From Phoronis australis (taxonomy: Eukaryota; Animalia; Phoronida): a stretch of 64,000 nt of DNA. Below, piece after piece: positions 35,361 to 48,538 of this stretch. Numbering within the stretch: the stretch's first letter is position 1; the number at the start of each line of letters is the position of its first letter. Location: positions 124,001 through 188,000 of the forward strand of contig NMRA01000420.1 of assembly GCA_002633005.1 (NCBI GenBank), given 5' to 3'. The position numbers were made by a program, and so were the translations under genes. The notes beneath the pieces were generated by a model, which searched no databases, had not been told where the DNA came from, and saw nothing but the letters and a program-made list of their open reading frames with translations.

Positions 35361-36826
35361 GTGTGCGCTACACACAACACGTTTCTTTCGAGAAAAGCGA
35401 TGAGGTCACGCTAGCTTTACTCACGAGAATCTTGCATTGAGCAGAACGCACCCTCGATCTTGGACACTGGTTAATGCCTTTCTTTGTACTCGAGTTTTTG
35501 AGTCAATTTCGCGATAAACCGTGATCCAACACTCATTTGGGAACAATTTTCATAGCATGGCTTTAACAGTATTTTCATGCCAAGGAAATTATTGAAAATG
35601 CTCAGAACTATTCCTAATTTCCTGTCGAACCCAATCGCCGGAGTTCCAGTCTCCATGTTGCCACAATCAATTCTTTCTATTGCAACAGCGCGGCGTCTGT
35701 TATTAGATTTTCACTGGCAAGTGTTCAGAAAAAAAATGTCAAAATGCTGATGCTAAATAAATAATATTGTTTAATTAAATTATCGTGACTGTGCAATTGA
35801 TTAGCCCGAATGGATTGTGTCGTTTTGGTAATCTCTAGAACGTCGGAATCCAAAGTGATATCTTGTATTTGGTCATATATTTTCGTCAACTTGATCACAT
35901 TTACAATGTATATATGTTATTGCGACGATGGTAACCCACTCTGCCTTCTTATTTGTTGCTGTTGTTGTTGCTAGGGTTGTCTTGAAATGAAGTTGAAAGC
36001 AAAGACGCAAATTTCATCTCAACGTTTCATAAAAGTGCTTTATGGTGCCTCTGAGAATCACATTAGACAAAAATTCAATAGTGAAAGAAACCAAAGACTG
36101 AATTTTCGATAACATGTTAAGTTAACACAAGGAAGAACGTTGCCGTTATTGCCTCAAATCAACAGCTCTGATCTAAGACGCTTTCTCCCTCTCATTTTTA
36201 AAGTATAATTTTTATTGAACGGGGAAACCGGCTTGCCCAACCGCTATGAGTGATCCACGGGGAGACAAGGCCAATAAATCATCTCAAGAGAGTTGAAACA
36301 GCACGGATTTGAGAATGCAAAGGACTCACATTGAAACCTGTGATGCAACCAAATACGATGGAAGCCATGTTGTGCGACGAGCCTGTAGTGAAAATACTAT
36401 TGCAAAGTTGAAAGCGACATCAAAGTTGCTTTCCTAGACTTTGACATAAAACTGGTATTCAACGAGACTGCCAGAGAAGAAGTTAAACATGATTTGTACA
36501 GAACTGAAGCTTCAATTGGAAGAAAATTAACTGACAAAAGATAAACAGAAATTTAAAAAGAACTCTATGCAGGCCTATTGTCTGGCTTGAGTTGGTATCA
36601 GATATGGATTCCTATCACGGTAAGGGGTTTAATGATAACCTGGAATCGATTTTATAACAGACAAAGGCACGATTCAATTTTTTTTAGCCAGCCAAGCCGG
36701 TGAAATGCAGCTCTAACTACATTTGTGAGAACAATCTTTGCACGAATAATCTATCCCGATAAAGCTGAACGTGGGATGACAAAATATACAAGTTTCATTT
36801 GTCTTTCAAGCCTCTCTTTTGTCGAT

Positions 36827-36948
36827 GTCAGGATGGCCGAGCGGTCTAAGGCGCCAGACTCAAGGCGATAAGCCTTGCCCTGAGCCATTGCAGGGCAGAG
36901 TGTTCTGGTCCACGAATGTGGGCGTGGGTTCGAATCCCACTTCTGACA
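36827..36948 (+). tRNA. trnL-CAA: tRNA-Leu(CAA) with 38-nt intron (36865-36902)
   Basis: GTCAGGATGGCCGAGCGGTCTAAGGCGCCAGACT-CAA-G [intron] TTCTGGTCCACGAATGTGGGCGTGGGTTCGAATCCCACTTCTGACA; intron at the canonical 37/38 position; T-run terminator at ~36954. Confidence 0.97.
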
Positions 36949-37792
36949 TAAGATTTTTAACGGTTTAGAGCCTATTATTCTTAAAGTGAACCTTTTGGTG
37001 ATGACGATATCAGGCGCAGAGCCTGCCGACATACGAACATTTTACGACCTGAAAGAGTACATACGACATTGTTACTTGCCACGAAAATGAGTGCGGCCAC
37101 AAGAAAAAACTTATAAGTAATCAACTCGGAAAACAAAAAGGTGGCATGAACGTCAAACTCCCAATTGTCGTTAATTGTGTAAGTTACAATACCAAGAACG
37201 AATTTATTCCCACTGAATAAACCTCATGAATGTTCTCAAAGATATGTTCATATACAAAAGCTTCACCAAACTGCATGTAACAACATTCCAAACACGAGAC
37301 CTGTTATCGAAAAACAGATTTCTAAGCTCATGGAAATACGACGGCTGGGTGCAGTAGTAACGCGACAAATGTAATAAATGACATTGGCAGCTTGCAAGAC
37401 ATCCAAATGCAGAAATGTAAGAAACAGACCCGCCACTTGAATAATTGTTACATTCGTGGTGTACTTGTCTTGCATGGCTGCGTAATTATTTGACCACATT
37501 GCCAACATCACCCCAGTACCTAACACCTTACAATGTTTTTTCTCCGAGACTTCACACCTATACATTTCTGAACATATTTCTTTTCCATAATACAAAAATA
37601 GATAGTGTTTAAAAATCTTCAAACTATGTTTCAATCCTTGAGAAACTGGTTCACGCAGTACCACTCAATGCAACACCGAATTCGATTAGCATTGATATCG
37701 GTTTAGGATGTGTTTTGGAAGCACAAGCTGGCCACTGTACTTTTACACGTTTAAGCTGCAATGACCCCGAAAGCAGTTAGAACCGGCCCTCA

Positions 37793-39112
37793 CCACAGGC
37801 GTCCTCAGCTTCTGATCGTCCCCAATACACAACATATAATACTACAAGGTATGACACTCCCGACTAGAAATTCCACGGGTGCTTCACTTCAGCCGTCCAT
37901 TGCAAATATAAAACTCAACAAATTTACACAAAACAGAGGTTCAACAAACCATGAAGAATTGCTCTTTCTCCCAATACCATTCACGATGTCCTGTTCCGGC
38001 GACTTCGTAAGAAATTCGCAGTCAAAGAACAAAAATGTTCACAAAAAAAACCCCACACACTTTCATCGTGGGCCGCTCGAGGTCAAGGACGGTACGGAAA
38101 TTGCCGGTTTGTCGCGTAAAGTCACGATGTCGATAACTCTACACTTGGCCACCAGTAGAAAAACTATTGAGTACTTCCGTAACTCACCGGCAATTTCCGT
38201 ACCGTCCTTGACCTCGAGCGGCCCACGATTAAAGTGTGTGGGGTTGTTTGTGAACATTTTTGTTCTTTGACTGCGAATTTCTTATGAAGTCGCCGGAACA
38301 GGACACCGTGAATGGTATTGGGAGAAAGAACAATTNGATATCCTAGATCCGCCACTGTAATTGTATAAGTTACAATACCAAGAACGAATGTATTCCCACT
38401 GAATAAACCTCATGAATGTTCTCAAAGAAATATTCATAAACAAAAGCTTCACCAAACTGCATGTAACAACATTCCAAACACGAGACCTGTTATCGAAAAA
38501 CAGATTTCTAAGTTCATGGGCTGGGTGCATTGCATGGAGTAACGCGACAAAGGTAATAAATGACATTGGCAGCTTGCAAGACATCCAAATGCAGAAATGT
38601 AAGAAACAGACCCGCCACTTGAATAATTGTTACATTCGTGGTGTACTTGTCTTGCATGGCTGCGTAATTATTTGACCACATTGCCAACATCACCTCAGTA
38701 CTTAACAACGGAAATTACCGGTTTGTCGCGTAAAGTCACGATGTCGATAACTCTACACTTGGCCGCCAGTAGAAAAACTATTGAGTACTTCCGTAACTCA
38801 CCGGCAATTTCCGTACCGTCCTTGACCTCGAGCGGCCCACGATGAAAGTGTGTGGGGTTGTTTGTGAGCATTTTTGTTCTTTGACTGCGAATTTCTTACG
38901 AAGTCGCCGGAACAGGACACCGTGAATGATATTGGAGAAAGAACAATTCTTCATGGTTTGTTGAACCTCTGTTTTGTGTAAATTTGTTGAGTTTTATATT
39001 TGCTATGGACGGCTGAAGTGAAGCACCCGTGGAATTTCTAGTCGGGAGTGTCATACCTTGTAGTATTATATGTAGTGTATTGGGAACGATCAGAAGCTGA
39101 GGACGCCTGTGG
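37793..39112. mobile_element. Foldback element with ~315-bp inverted arms, partly duplicated across the n at 38336
   Basis: CCACAGGCGTCCTCAGCTTCTGATCG... matches the reverse complement of ...CGATCAGAAGCTGAGGACGCCTGTGG; internal palindrome ~37960-38335. Confidence 0.8.
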
Positions 39113-39718
39113 CCGTCCCAAGCCACTTGCCGTTCACTGGGAGTGTTGAATCGTTTTCTTGATATGCTTGGTACTTCTGTGGTAAAAGGAAACAGTCGCC
39201 TTGCGATGTTTTAGTTCATGGGGAAGAAGAAAGAGCGTGAACTTATGTTACCATGGTTATCTGTCTTCTTCCATTCCTTTATTCTTTGGTTTGTGTGTTT
39301 GTGATGTGCATCTAGGCCGGGTTATGTGACAATGGCAACATCTTTTCAATGAACTATAGAGCTATGAAAGATACGGCATATCAACAAAAAGTGGACGTAT
39401 TTGATTTTTTTCATGCAAAACAATACCGAATATATTGCTTGCAAGAGACACACTTCGAAGAAAAAAGTTCAACAAAATGAAGTTTAAGGTGAGTTGACTG
39501 TTTTTTAAGCTGCGGCACCTCAAATTCTAAACGTGTGCTCATTCTAATGAACACTAACTACGAGTATAAGGTTATGAGCGAAACACGTAATCAAGTCAGT
39601 ATTTTTAGCCATTGGAATACTGGTTGAAAAATCTACTGATCACCGTTTATATATTATCCTAACAAAAATAGTCCCGACTTTTATAATAATCTAGAAAAAT
39701 AATTCCTGAATCAGGGAT

Positions 39719-40274
39719 GAAGTTATGGAGTTATTGAGCGAAAGTTCTTGGTTGACTCACGGAGAATATATAATCAAAAGTTATGAGGTAATTGAGCGAA
39801 AACTGCGTGGTTGACTCATGGAGGATATACAATCAAAAGTTATGAGGTTATTGAGGGAAAGTGCTTGGTTGACTCACGAAGGATGTATATTCAAAAGTTA
39901 TGAAGTTATTGTGCGAAACTGCTTGGTTGACTCACGGAGGATATGTAATCAAAAGTTATGAGGTTATTGAGCGAAACTGCTTGGTTGACTCACGAAGGAT
40001 ATATAATCAAAAGTTATTAGGTTATTGAGCGAAACTGCTTGGTTGACTCACGGACAATATATAATCAAAAGTTATCAGGTTATTGAGCGAAACCGCTTGG
40101 TTGACTCACGGAGGATATATAATCAAAAGTCATGAGGTTATTGAGCGAAACTGCCTCCTGGTTGACTCACGGAGGATATATAATCAAAAGTTATCAGGTT
40201 ATTGAGCGAAACCGCTTGGTTGACTCATGAAGGATATATAATCAAAAGTTATGAGGTTATTGAGGGAAAACTGC
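39719..40274 (+). repeat. 58-bp minisatellite, ~9.5 copies
   Basis: Unit AAAAGTTATGAGGTTATTGAGCGAAACTGCTTGGTTGACTCACGGAGGATATATAATC, period mostly 58. Confidence 0.95.
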
Positions 40275-41113
40275 ATTACATGGGTACTAGCTAGTGGATG
40301 GGAATCAGCTTTCGCTGTGTTTACGCAAGACATGGGAAGTTGCCCTGGTGATATGTGCTCGAGTTAGCAAACAAAATGTAATGTATTATCTGTGCAGTTA
40401 TCAATGCTTTTTAAGTATTATTTGCTATCGTCATCTATTTTTTGTTCTTAAATATCGCATTTCATTTTTGTTGAACGTCCATTTTCATAGTTATTACGCC
40501 GTACGCGAATGCAGTGGTGGAAATACCACGAAGTACATACACACAACGTGTCTTTATTACCATACCTCAAGTTCACATGTACGGGTTTAGTCTCAATCAA
40601 ATTATCTTGACCTTATTCCCATCATAGTAGAGCTTAGAGTCGATTGCTGTGAGAACAGATAGTGGCAGAGAGTGCAGTGGCCTTGGCATGAAGCTTCTGC
40701 GAAACGCATGTCTCACACTGTGTTATCTCCAACAAATGGAGTCCAATACACGCCTCCAGTATCTGCCCCTATACTGTACGCAGATTTTCAAATGATGTTC
40801 GACCGGGTTCATGAAGGATTAGTGTTCGTGGGCAGAGAAGTTCACTGTCGTTCGGACTGGCAGAGTAAATACGCCCAATAAAATTCTTGCCCCCTATCTT
40901 CGTATTGCGAAGATGAAGTTTTGAACCAGTAATAATCGAGATTCTTAAAGGATTATTTACAAAAAGGTATTTCCAATCTTGAGTTGTTTTTTGTAGTAAC
41001 TGGTACCTGTAAAAGAGAAAAGAAATACAACGTAAGATCAAGTACAATTGATAGCCAGTTTGATACATCAGTGTTCTCCATGACCAGTTTTAACATGTTT
41101 CAACATTGTAGAG

Positions 41114-41240
41114 TGCAGAAACGCTAGGACCTAGCTGAAATCTAGCCAAAATCTCATTTAAAATACACGGCAACATCTCGCGTAATCTCGCGAAGTCTTG
41201 CTTTTTAGCGAAGTCCTAGCGTTACTGAACATAGAGCCAG
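41114..41240 (-). mobile_element. MITE family A copy
   Basis: Reverse-complement match to 35206-35360. Confidence 0.7.
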
Positions 41241-41467
41241 TTTGGCGGTGCTTCCGCCACGTTTGGGTAACCTGCAACATACGAATGGCCGCCAGGTAGA
41301 GTCCAAATACGTCTTTCTGACAGTTTTGGATTTCCAGTTATAGAGAACACTGACCAAGTAACATGTCACACACATCAACATAAAAATGAAGACATGAATG
41401 CGACCCTAGATGTGATCAATCTTATTTGATAACTTGAAAATGTTTTTAACTGTATCGTTGGTCTGAT

Positions 41468-41751
41468 GGGTGAACGTTATGCACGTAAATTACGTGTGTA
41501 AGTTAATTCTTGTTAGAGGTGTGAAGTAATTATTTGTGACGAAAAGTAATAAAGGGCAGCGTAAAGTAATTATTTGCTGCGTAAAGTAACTTTTTACGAA
41601 ATGAAGGGATTTTTAACGCCGAAAACAATTACTTTACGCCGCAAATAATTACTAAATGCCGCAAACAATTAATTTACGCCGCAAATAATTACTTTACGCC
41701 TCTAACAAGAACTAACGTTACGCACGTAATTAACGTGCGTAACGTTCACAC
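41468..41751. mobile_element. Foldback MITE with ~22-bp subterminal tandem repeats
   Basis: GTGAACGTTATGCACGTAAATTACGTG...CACGTAATTAACGTGCGTAACGTTCAC; GCGTAAAGTAATTATTTG units inverted in the right half. Confidence 0.8.
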
Positions 41752-42423
41752 ATTTTGCCAACGATGCATCACACACTGGCTTAATTTATAAAACGTTTCG
41801 AGGTTTGAGGGGACGCTGCGTATATTTGTAAACTCTTTGATCTAGTTTGTGTGATATTGTTAAAAAAGTAGCAGACGCTCTTTGTTCATTCAAACGTTAA
41901 CAACGTGGGAATGTGTGTTCAGAACGCAATGAGTCGTTGTTTACGCAGCAGTTTTTTTTAACTTAGACATAATATACAGCAAAAAATAAAGTGTTTAGCG
42001 TACCCGAATGCTCCTAAAATATCTTTTCACATCGTTTGTCAATCATTACGTCGGGTTCAATCTACATAATTATGCCATGTATGGAAAATGGAGTGGAACT
42101 CATTTCCATACGTGGGCCAAAGTGCAATGAGAACAAACTACTATCGGAGTGATCAGGCTGTGATGGTCTGTGCCTTTATTTGAACAATTGTAAACACATC
42201 AATCGATGTTTTTTCAAAGAATGTAGACAAAAAAGACGTTTTAAAAAAACGCTAGCTAAAAACGAATATTTATTCTACAATGACAAGCCCTGGAAAATGT
42301 TCGATGTAATGCCTGACGTTTGTATGTTCAAGGCGAAGTGGCTTCTTCGATTTTGAAAGTCGTAGTGCGAGTAAACAAGAGGCGTGATGGTTTTTGCGGT
42401 GCATCAAGCGTGCGTAGGCACAG

Positions 42424-43709
42424 GGGATTGTTCTAAAATTCCCTCTATTCCCCACACCCCACGACCCCCTCGACCCAGTCTACACAAGCTCGACTCAATC
42501 TGAACATAGAGCAAGCTCTGACTTGCTGGACCAACCAGTTTTTGGCCGTGAACTCGGGTGGCTTTTCCCTGTTTTTGCAATGAAGAAAGTCAATTTGTCA
42601 AGTTTGAAAGCCAAGAACAGAAAATCAAATGAAAGGGCTACCAACGTTACAAATCGTCTCGTTCCCACCAGAGTGTAATCGTCTGGTCTGCTCTTTAGTA
42701 AATGGTGAGTTCAAGCTATTTTTGGGAGAGTACGAGAAGGCCACGGATATGTAATTTCTTCAGTAAATACAGTTGGAAAAAAACAAACTGTTAACTAAAA
42801 GGCATCTCAAAGTTTCATGCAGTATACTGTAAAAGAGTATACAACTGAAAGCAAATAAAAATGTGAAATTATGGGCATTCACGTTAGCGTACTCTTTCCC
42901 TAAGTTTAGCAGAACAGAGCCATTGGTAGCCACTCGTGGACCTATTTCCGTGAAAACTATAGCACGCAGCTTCGTCCCCAAGCCTCACGATGGCGCTGAT
43001 CGGTTTAGCCATTTGAGGCTTGGTTATGAGAAATTCCTTCTGCGCTATGATTGGCCGCTGTCTTAACGTCATTGAAACAAAGGCACACATTAATTATTTT
43101 TCGCAGGCCTTGTTACTACCATTCATGAAGTAGAAGACATTGTTTTGGTTATTGTTTGAAATAAAGGTTGTTAGCGTACTTATTTTCCATTCTTTTCTAT
43201 CAATAGTATCACAGAAATTAATCAGTTTTCGAATCAAAATACATCATTTTTGCAATAATTTAGTCCTAAATTGCTGCAATATACAGTTAGTTTTTATTTT
43301 TATATTATACTGCAGAAATTTCAAAGTTGATACGACTTTATATTACTCGTGATATTTCGGCAATTTCCGTAAAAATGTGTCCGAATTCTGACACATTTCA
43401 TTTCCCATAACCACGCCTCAAATGCCTAAACCGATCTCGAGGCTTGAGGACGAGCCGCTGCGACAACACGCTTACAAACCGCTAGTTCAGATCATGTTCT
43501 TCCTCCATTTTCTGTTTTTAACCCACCATCTTAAGCTAGAGCAGACTCGCGTGTAGGTAAGTCTTACGGGAAAGTCACCCAGGGACGTAATGTGATTATG
43601 AAATGTGTAAAAAGCGTAGATACATATACTGCCGCAGATCGTGGGTCAAGAGGGTTGTGGGTCGAGGGGGACGTGGGGTGTGGGGTCGAGGGAGTTTTAG
43701 AACAATCCC
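42424..43709. mobile_element. TIR element (GGGATTGTTCTAAAA ends) containing a nested CAGCTTCGTCCCCAAG-type MITE at ~42967-43460
   Basis: ~50-bp inverted ends; the nested element has a relative at ~18771-18885. Confidence 0.6.
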
Positions 43710-44407
43710 ACCTGATTTTGATTTATGAGGACCCCTGAGCATGACTTCTCGCATATGCGAGGTCTTAAAATCTCTTCTTGATAATTGAGAGATCATGCAG
43801 AATGTATATCACTTAACATTAAATATTTTATGCACAACTGCGCCTAAATGTTCACGCACACATGCACACACGTACATGCAATTCATATACTCATAAGGCA
43901 TACGCATACATTTGTACATTGAATTCGGTGTTTCTTACGTAGCAACTGACAAAGGTGCACTACGGTCTAGGACTTTGAAGACAAATATTCTTCACTAGAA
44001 GATATTATGTTCGAACAGTGAGAAGAAGGCTGTCAGAAACAGTTAAGGCTATCTATAACGCGTGCATGGGCATTGCGAACAAAGTCCTGATAAGTGAAAA
44101 GAATGGGAATAGGGATTTGTTTGAAAAAGATGATGTTGTCTGATGTTGTATACATGAACAGAACAAGGGAGAGAACAACAAATGTATTTATCCACAAATT
44201 TATGAGTGCAGCAACATACAGTTCTTTTAAGCTTAGAATAGACCATTCTCAATTTAGAACTTATATGGATATTAATTTCTCTCAGAAGCGAGTCTTGAAT
44301 AGCATGAGGGGATGTCTATGTTTCAATCATCAGCAAAAACGATATTCATGCACCAAATTACCCAACCAGAAATAACTTTCCAACGTGAACGTTTATATAA
44401 CTCTTCC

Positions 44408-45292
44408 ATTTGACTGTCATTAAACTTGTCCCAAACAGCCACAGTCAAATAAGTGTCACGACATGGACTACTCTCCCATTTTCAACAAAAAAGTCGGTTA
44501 TCGACTTGAGAACGTAACGCTCGTGACCACAAGCGACTACCGGGGATTTCCGATAAGGCGCCCATCAGCACAAAACGCCACGAGTGCTTTTTCGGATAGG
44601 AAGGAAGCGAACATAAAGTAACGTGATGAAATTGTTGTCTCCGAAAGAGCTCCTAGACCGCTTTTTCAGGAACAGAAAGCGACTTGGAAGAAATCGTTGT
44701 CACTCAGGGTGCTTTATAGGAAACTCCGGTATTAACAAAACCTTAGTAACCAAGAGCTAGAGACAGCATTACTGACGCGAAGTGGTCAGCATTTCAGTTC
44801 GCTGGTTTCAATTGTGATGTGTTGCGTACTAACATGACTTTGTGAGCGGAAAACACTTCATTAAAGAATCATCCGGCTCAAAGCCAACACATAAGATGAC
44901 TCCATAATTTTAGCTGCAGAATGACGGAAAGTAGCGGCATTCTTTTCCCTCTAATTACAAGTTTTTTTAATGTGACATTCATTATTGATTAAACATTGGT
45001 TGCTAACGTGGATGTAAAGACTTTGATGTAATTCCTAGAGTTTAGTTCTAGTTCTATGCAACACGCCGCGGGCTCTCAGCAGTCTCGGGGCCCGGTCACG
45101 CACACTTTCCGCTACACTTCAATGATTGACTACAGAAGACTTGAATTGGTCGCTGTTCATTATTATACGGGATCATAAATTCATAAACGCATCAACAATT
45201 CCTGGAACTGCCAACTACTTATGTGCAGCGAACTCAACTCGAGCGGTTGGGCTAGTCAGACAAGATCCATGTTATGCGGTTCAGCCTCTTTT
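44408..45292 (+). repeat. Old ~0.9-kb local duplication, paralogous to ~49816-50660
   Basis: Collinear blocks CATTTG.CTGTCATT, GTTGCGTACTAACA, GGCTCAAAGC.AACACAT, GACATTCATTATTGATTA, ACACGCCGCGG, AGATCCATG. Confidence 0.8.
44540..44729. mobile_element. TA-TSD MITE with CCG termini (Tc1/mariner-pogo type); relatives at 2898-3273, 5717-6098, ~20211 with ~22030-22090, and ~49917
   Basis: TA|CCGGGGATTTCCGATAAGGCGCCC...GGGTGCTTTATAGGAAACTCCGG|TA. Confidence 0.7.
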
Positions 45293-46991
45293 TGGTGTTG
45301 GAATGTCAGCCGTGCATAACTTTAAGAATGTCCTATTTAGGCCCTTTGAAAAAGGACCTGAAAAACCATTACATTTACTAGGAGTAATTATTTCACATTT
45401 TGGATGTTAAACATTTTGTAAGTATTACTATGACCATAACACGACAACACGCTACATTTAATATCATATTATATTAACATATCGTTATAAAGAAATTTCT
45501 TGCTTTCGATGGGCAGAAAATGTCTTAAATTGTTGAAAATGCCGCAAAATCTGCCTGTTTTCCGGCTAAGACCTCTTATATGGCGGCCTAAAAAACTTCG
45601 CCTAGAATTAGACTAAGAAAACTATTGGAGATTTGTGAAGTACCAAGTTCTTTGTTTTGGATCTATTTATAACTAATATGTTGGCGTTCAATCACAATTG
45701 AACATTCCCGAGTCCGCATAAACTATACTATAGGAACTGTTCACGACAGTTGTATCTTCTACACTAAGTACTAAGTCAGAAAATGTTGTTCAATTAACGA
45801 AGTCATTCGTGCAAATGATAAATACTAATGGGCCTAAGGTGTACCCGGCTTGTGGTACACTAAAGTGTACCATTGTGGTACACCCTAATGGTACCCTTGT
45901 GGTACACCTTGCTGAACCAGATTTGAGGAGACCAGGTTTAGTCTTAAACCTGGTTTTGTTAAACCATCGTTATGAAATCGGATGCCTGAGTCGACAACTC
46001 CACGAAGTTAAACCAGAAGCAGCTTCAATGGGTTGGCCTAAAATTTTTAGAAATTATGTTATTACGTCACCACGTCATAACTACTTTGTGAAGTAACTTC
46101 CAGAAATAGGAACATTGTAAAAACCAATCCTGCGTTTATAAAAAAGTGTTACCTATGGGCTACGCTGTATACTAGGATAAACCCATAGTTTAAACGATTA
46201 TTCGTTGAAGCACGCTTGATGTCAACACATAATATTCGCTGAAAACTGATGTATTACGCATTTTAACATACTTGTATAAATATCTAGCTCTCCGAACAAG
46301 AGAACTGTATTTGATTTGTCAATTAGTTTGAAAAGGATTCACATTTCTCACATGAACTGGAATGTGTTATGACGCGACTGCTTAATAACGCCGAGTACCC
46401 GGTACGCAATTTTTTGATAATACACAGGCGAATCACAAAGTAGATATCTATACACCTTATATTTTATCGTCTACAAAACATTAATACCAACAACCAAACA
46501 ATGCCGGAATTCCGTGAAGGTGACAAGGTTATGATTGACAAGTAGGGTGTCGCAACTGCCCATACTCCCAGTCAGAAGGACATGCAAACAACTTCTTAAA
46601 CGGACCCATCTTCGGCTGCGAATTCCACATCCACGTTCATTCAGAGACGAACCCCAACCCAAGAAACGTCGCGGTGAGGCTGACTAGATGTGCTCTCTCG
46701 AGGTCACGCGCGGGGATTCGGGGATGCCCTGCTGACTGTGTTATTTATAGGCATTTATTGTTTTAATGTTACGCCTTCAAAGAGTATTTATTAGATTCTA
46801 ACTTGAACGTTTGTTTCGAAAGCTAAAAACAATTTACAATTGTTAAGTTTAAAATAAAATTATTAACAAAAGTAACTGGATATATTTTACATTGCGTAAG
46901 CGTGTTTTTACAAAAGTTGCGATTGAAAGTTTTAGACACGTTGAGTTTTTTGTCAAAAAGATAGTTTTTACGCTTCATGCGAGAAAACAAA

Positions 46992-47127
46992 TTCTACACT
47001 CGTCTTAAGTTGAAGACATGGGCAATACCTCTTGGAAAGTTCGTCTAAATCCTCGGCAATCCTTGGGATTTTGACAAAATTTCCAATAGGTTTTGTCCAT
47101 GTCATAAACCTGAGACGAGTGTAGGAT
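46992..47127. repeat. ~135-bp near-perfect hairpin element
   Basis: ATTCTACACTCGTCTTAAGTTGAAGACATGG...CCATGTCATAAACCTGAGACGAGTGTAGGAT. Confidence 0.8.
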
Positions 47128-48016
47128 TCTCTGTCTTCTAAACTGTTTGAATGTTATTGCTGTTGATATCTTTGGGAGGTTTTAAAAATTTCCCGACAAT
47201 GATTTTTCTTGCCCACAACACCATTGGTATTGAGAAATAATGATTAAAATGCTGGGAGAATTCGTTATGCTAGAATCTTGTACTTCGAAGATTCATGGAT
47301 GAAATTGATGAGAACACCATGACCAGAACAGTTTTTTCCCTGCGAAACACTGAAGTCCACTTAACTTTTTCAAAACTAAGCAGTGGAATTTTATAGCCAA
47401 TTATATCGAAAACTGACAATATCCAAGACAGCTGGAATAATGTTTATCTGAATTTTTGTCTTAAGGTACGCGTCACATCAAATTTTTTAAGGGAAGTCCT
47501 CAATTTCCTTCGTTCACTAAATTACAGAAAATCTACAGCTTGATTGAAGACTATGACTATTCCTCTCCGGAAATTGCCGATTGCATATAATGACAGGACG
47601 TTGAAGAGATACATATATTTGACGAGGCAATGAACTCAACTTCTCAAAACAAAACTAACATTTAATGTAGCACACTTGACGATGTGAATCTGGTCTTAAG
47701 GATTTGTAGGGTCCAAGAAAAATGTCCAAATTTGGCGAACTTTAGAACATGCTATCTCAAAAAGGTGATTGGATCCATTCGAAACGTTTATATGCTATGC
47801 TTTTTACACTGCTTTCCAAAACACGAGTAGGAATTTATGTTAAAATTTTCCATTTTTGTATGGGGCGCTATCCAAACAGGCCTTTTATGAGTTTCATAAG
47901 TTGCATAACGCTAAAAGTCACAATTTAGAAAAATACAACAGCGTTTTTCAGCTTGAACCTTAAAACGCTCATGTAGCCACGTCGGGCCACAGGGATAAGT
48001 TGGAAATATAACTGGA

Positions 48017-48397
48017 GCACAGGCATCCTCAGCTTCTGATCGTCCCCAATACACTACATATAATACTACAAGGTATGACACTCAGGACAAGAAATTCCAC
48101 GGGTGCTTCATTTCAGCCGTCCATAGTAAACAGAAATCCCAATAAATTTACACAAAACAAACAATTCAACAAACCATGAGGAATTGTTCTTTTTCCCAAT
48201 ACCATTTACGGTGTCCTGTTCCGGCGACTTCGTAAGAAATTCGCAGTCAAAGAACAAAAATGTTCCCAAAAAGTCCAAACACACTTACAACTATGAACGG
48301 CTCGAGGTCAAGGACGGTACGGAAATTGCCGGTTTATCGCGTAAAGTCACGATGTCGATAACGCCGTCCATCCGTAATTCATTGGTAATTTCCGTTC
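48017..48397 (+). mobile_element. Truncated copy (one arm) of the 37793 foldback family
   Basis: CACAGGCATCCTCAGCTTCTGATCGTCCCCAATACAC... collinear with 37794-38135. Confidence 0.8.
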
Positions 48398-48429
48398 AAT
48401 GAAGTGCCTGGGTTCTGGTACACATTGAA

Positions 48430-48538
48430 GATCTAGAAACTTGATTCAAAGGTCTAGCAGTGAGTCCCAGCGAGACTCGAACCCGCGATCTCGAGTAAAG
48501 AAAGCGGGCACCTGTCACACTAGGCCACACTACCTCCT
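48430..48538 (-). mobile_element. tRNA-derived SINE head (relative at ~62390-62475, minus strand)
   Basis: Minus-strand TGGCCTAGTG ... GGTTCGAGTCTC followed by a YTGCTASACCYTTGA block shared with the 62.4-kb copy. Confidence 0.55.

Noticed and set aside
36751-37032. 93-aa minus-strand ORF
   Set aside because: Antisense shadow of the tRNA-Leu gene.
37263-39126. Several 60-170-aa ORFs with mutually similar sequences
   Set aside because: They arise from the foldback arms and the duplicated block; no protein motifs.
39719-40274. CRISPR-like array
   Set aside because: Head-to-tail minisatellite without spacers in a eukaryotic context.
46500-46690. Coding-like fragment (MPEFREGDKVMID..., ...PQPKKRRGEAD*)
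   Set aside because: Stops and frame changes; it may be a retroelement integrase remnant but is too short to support.
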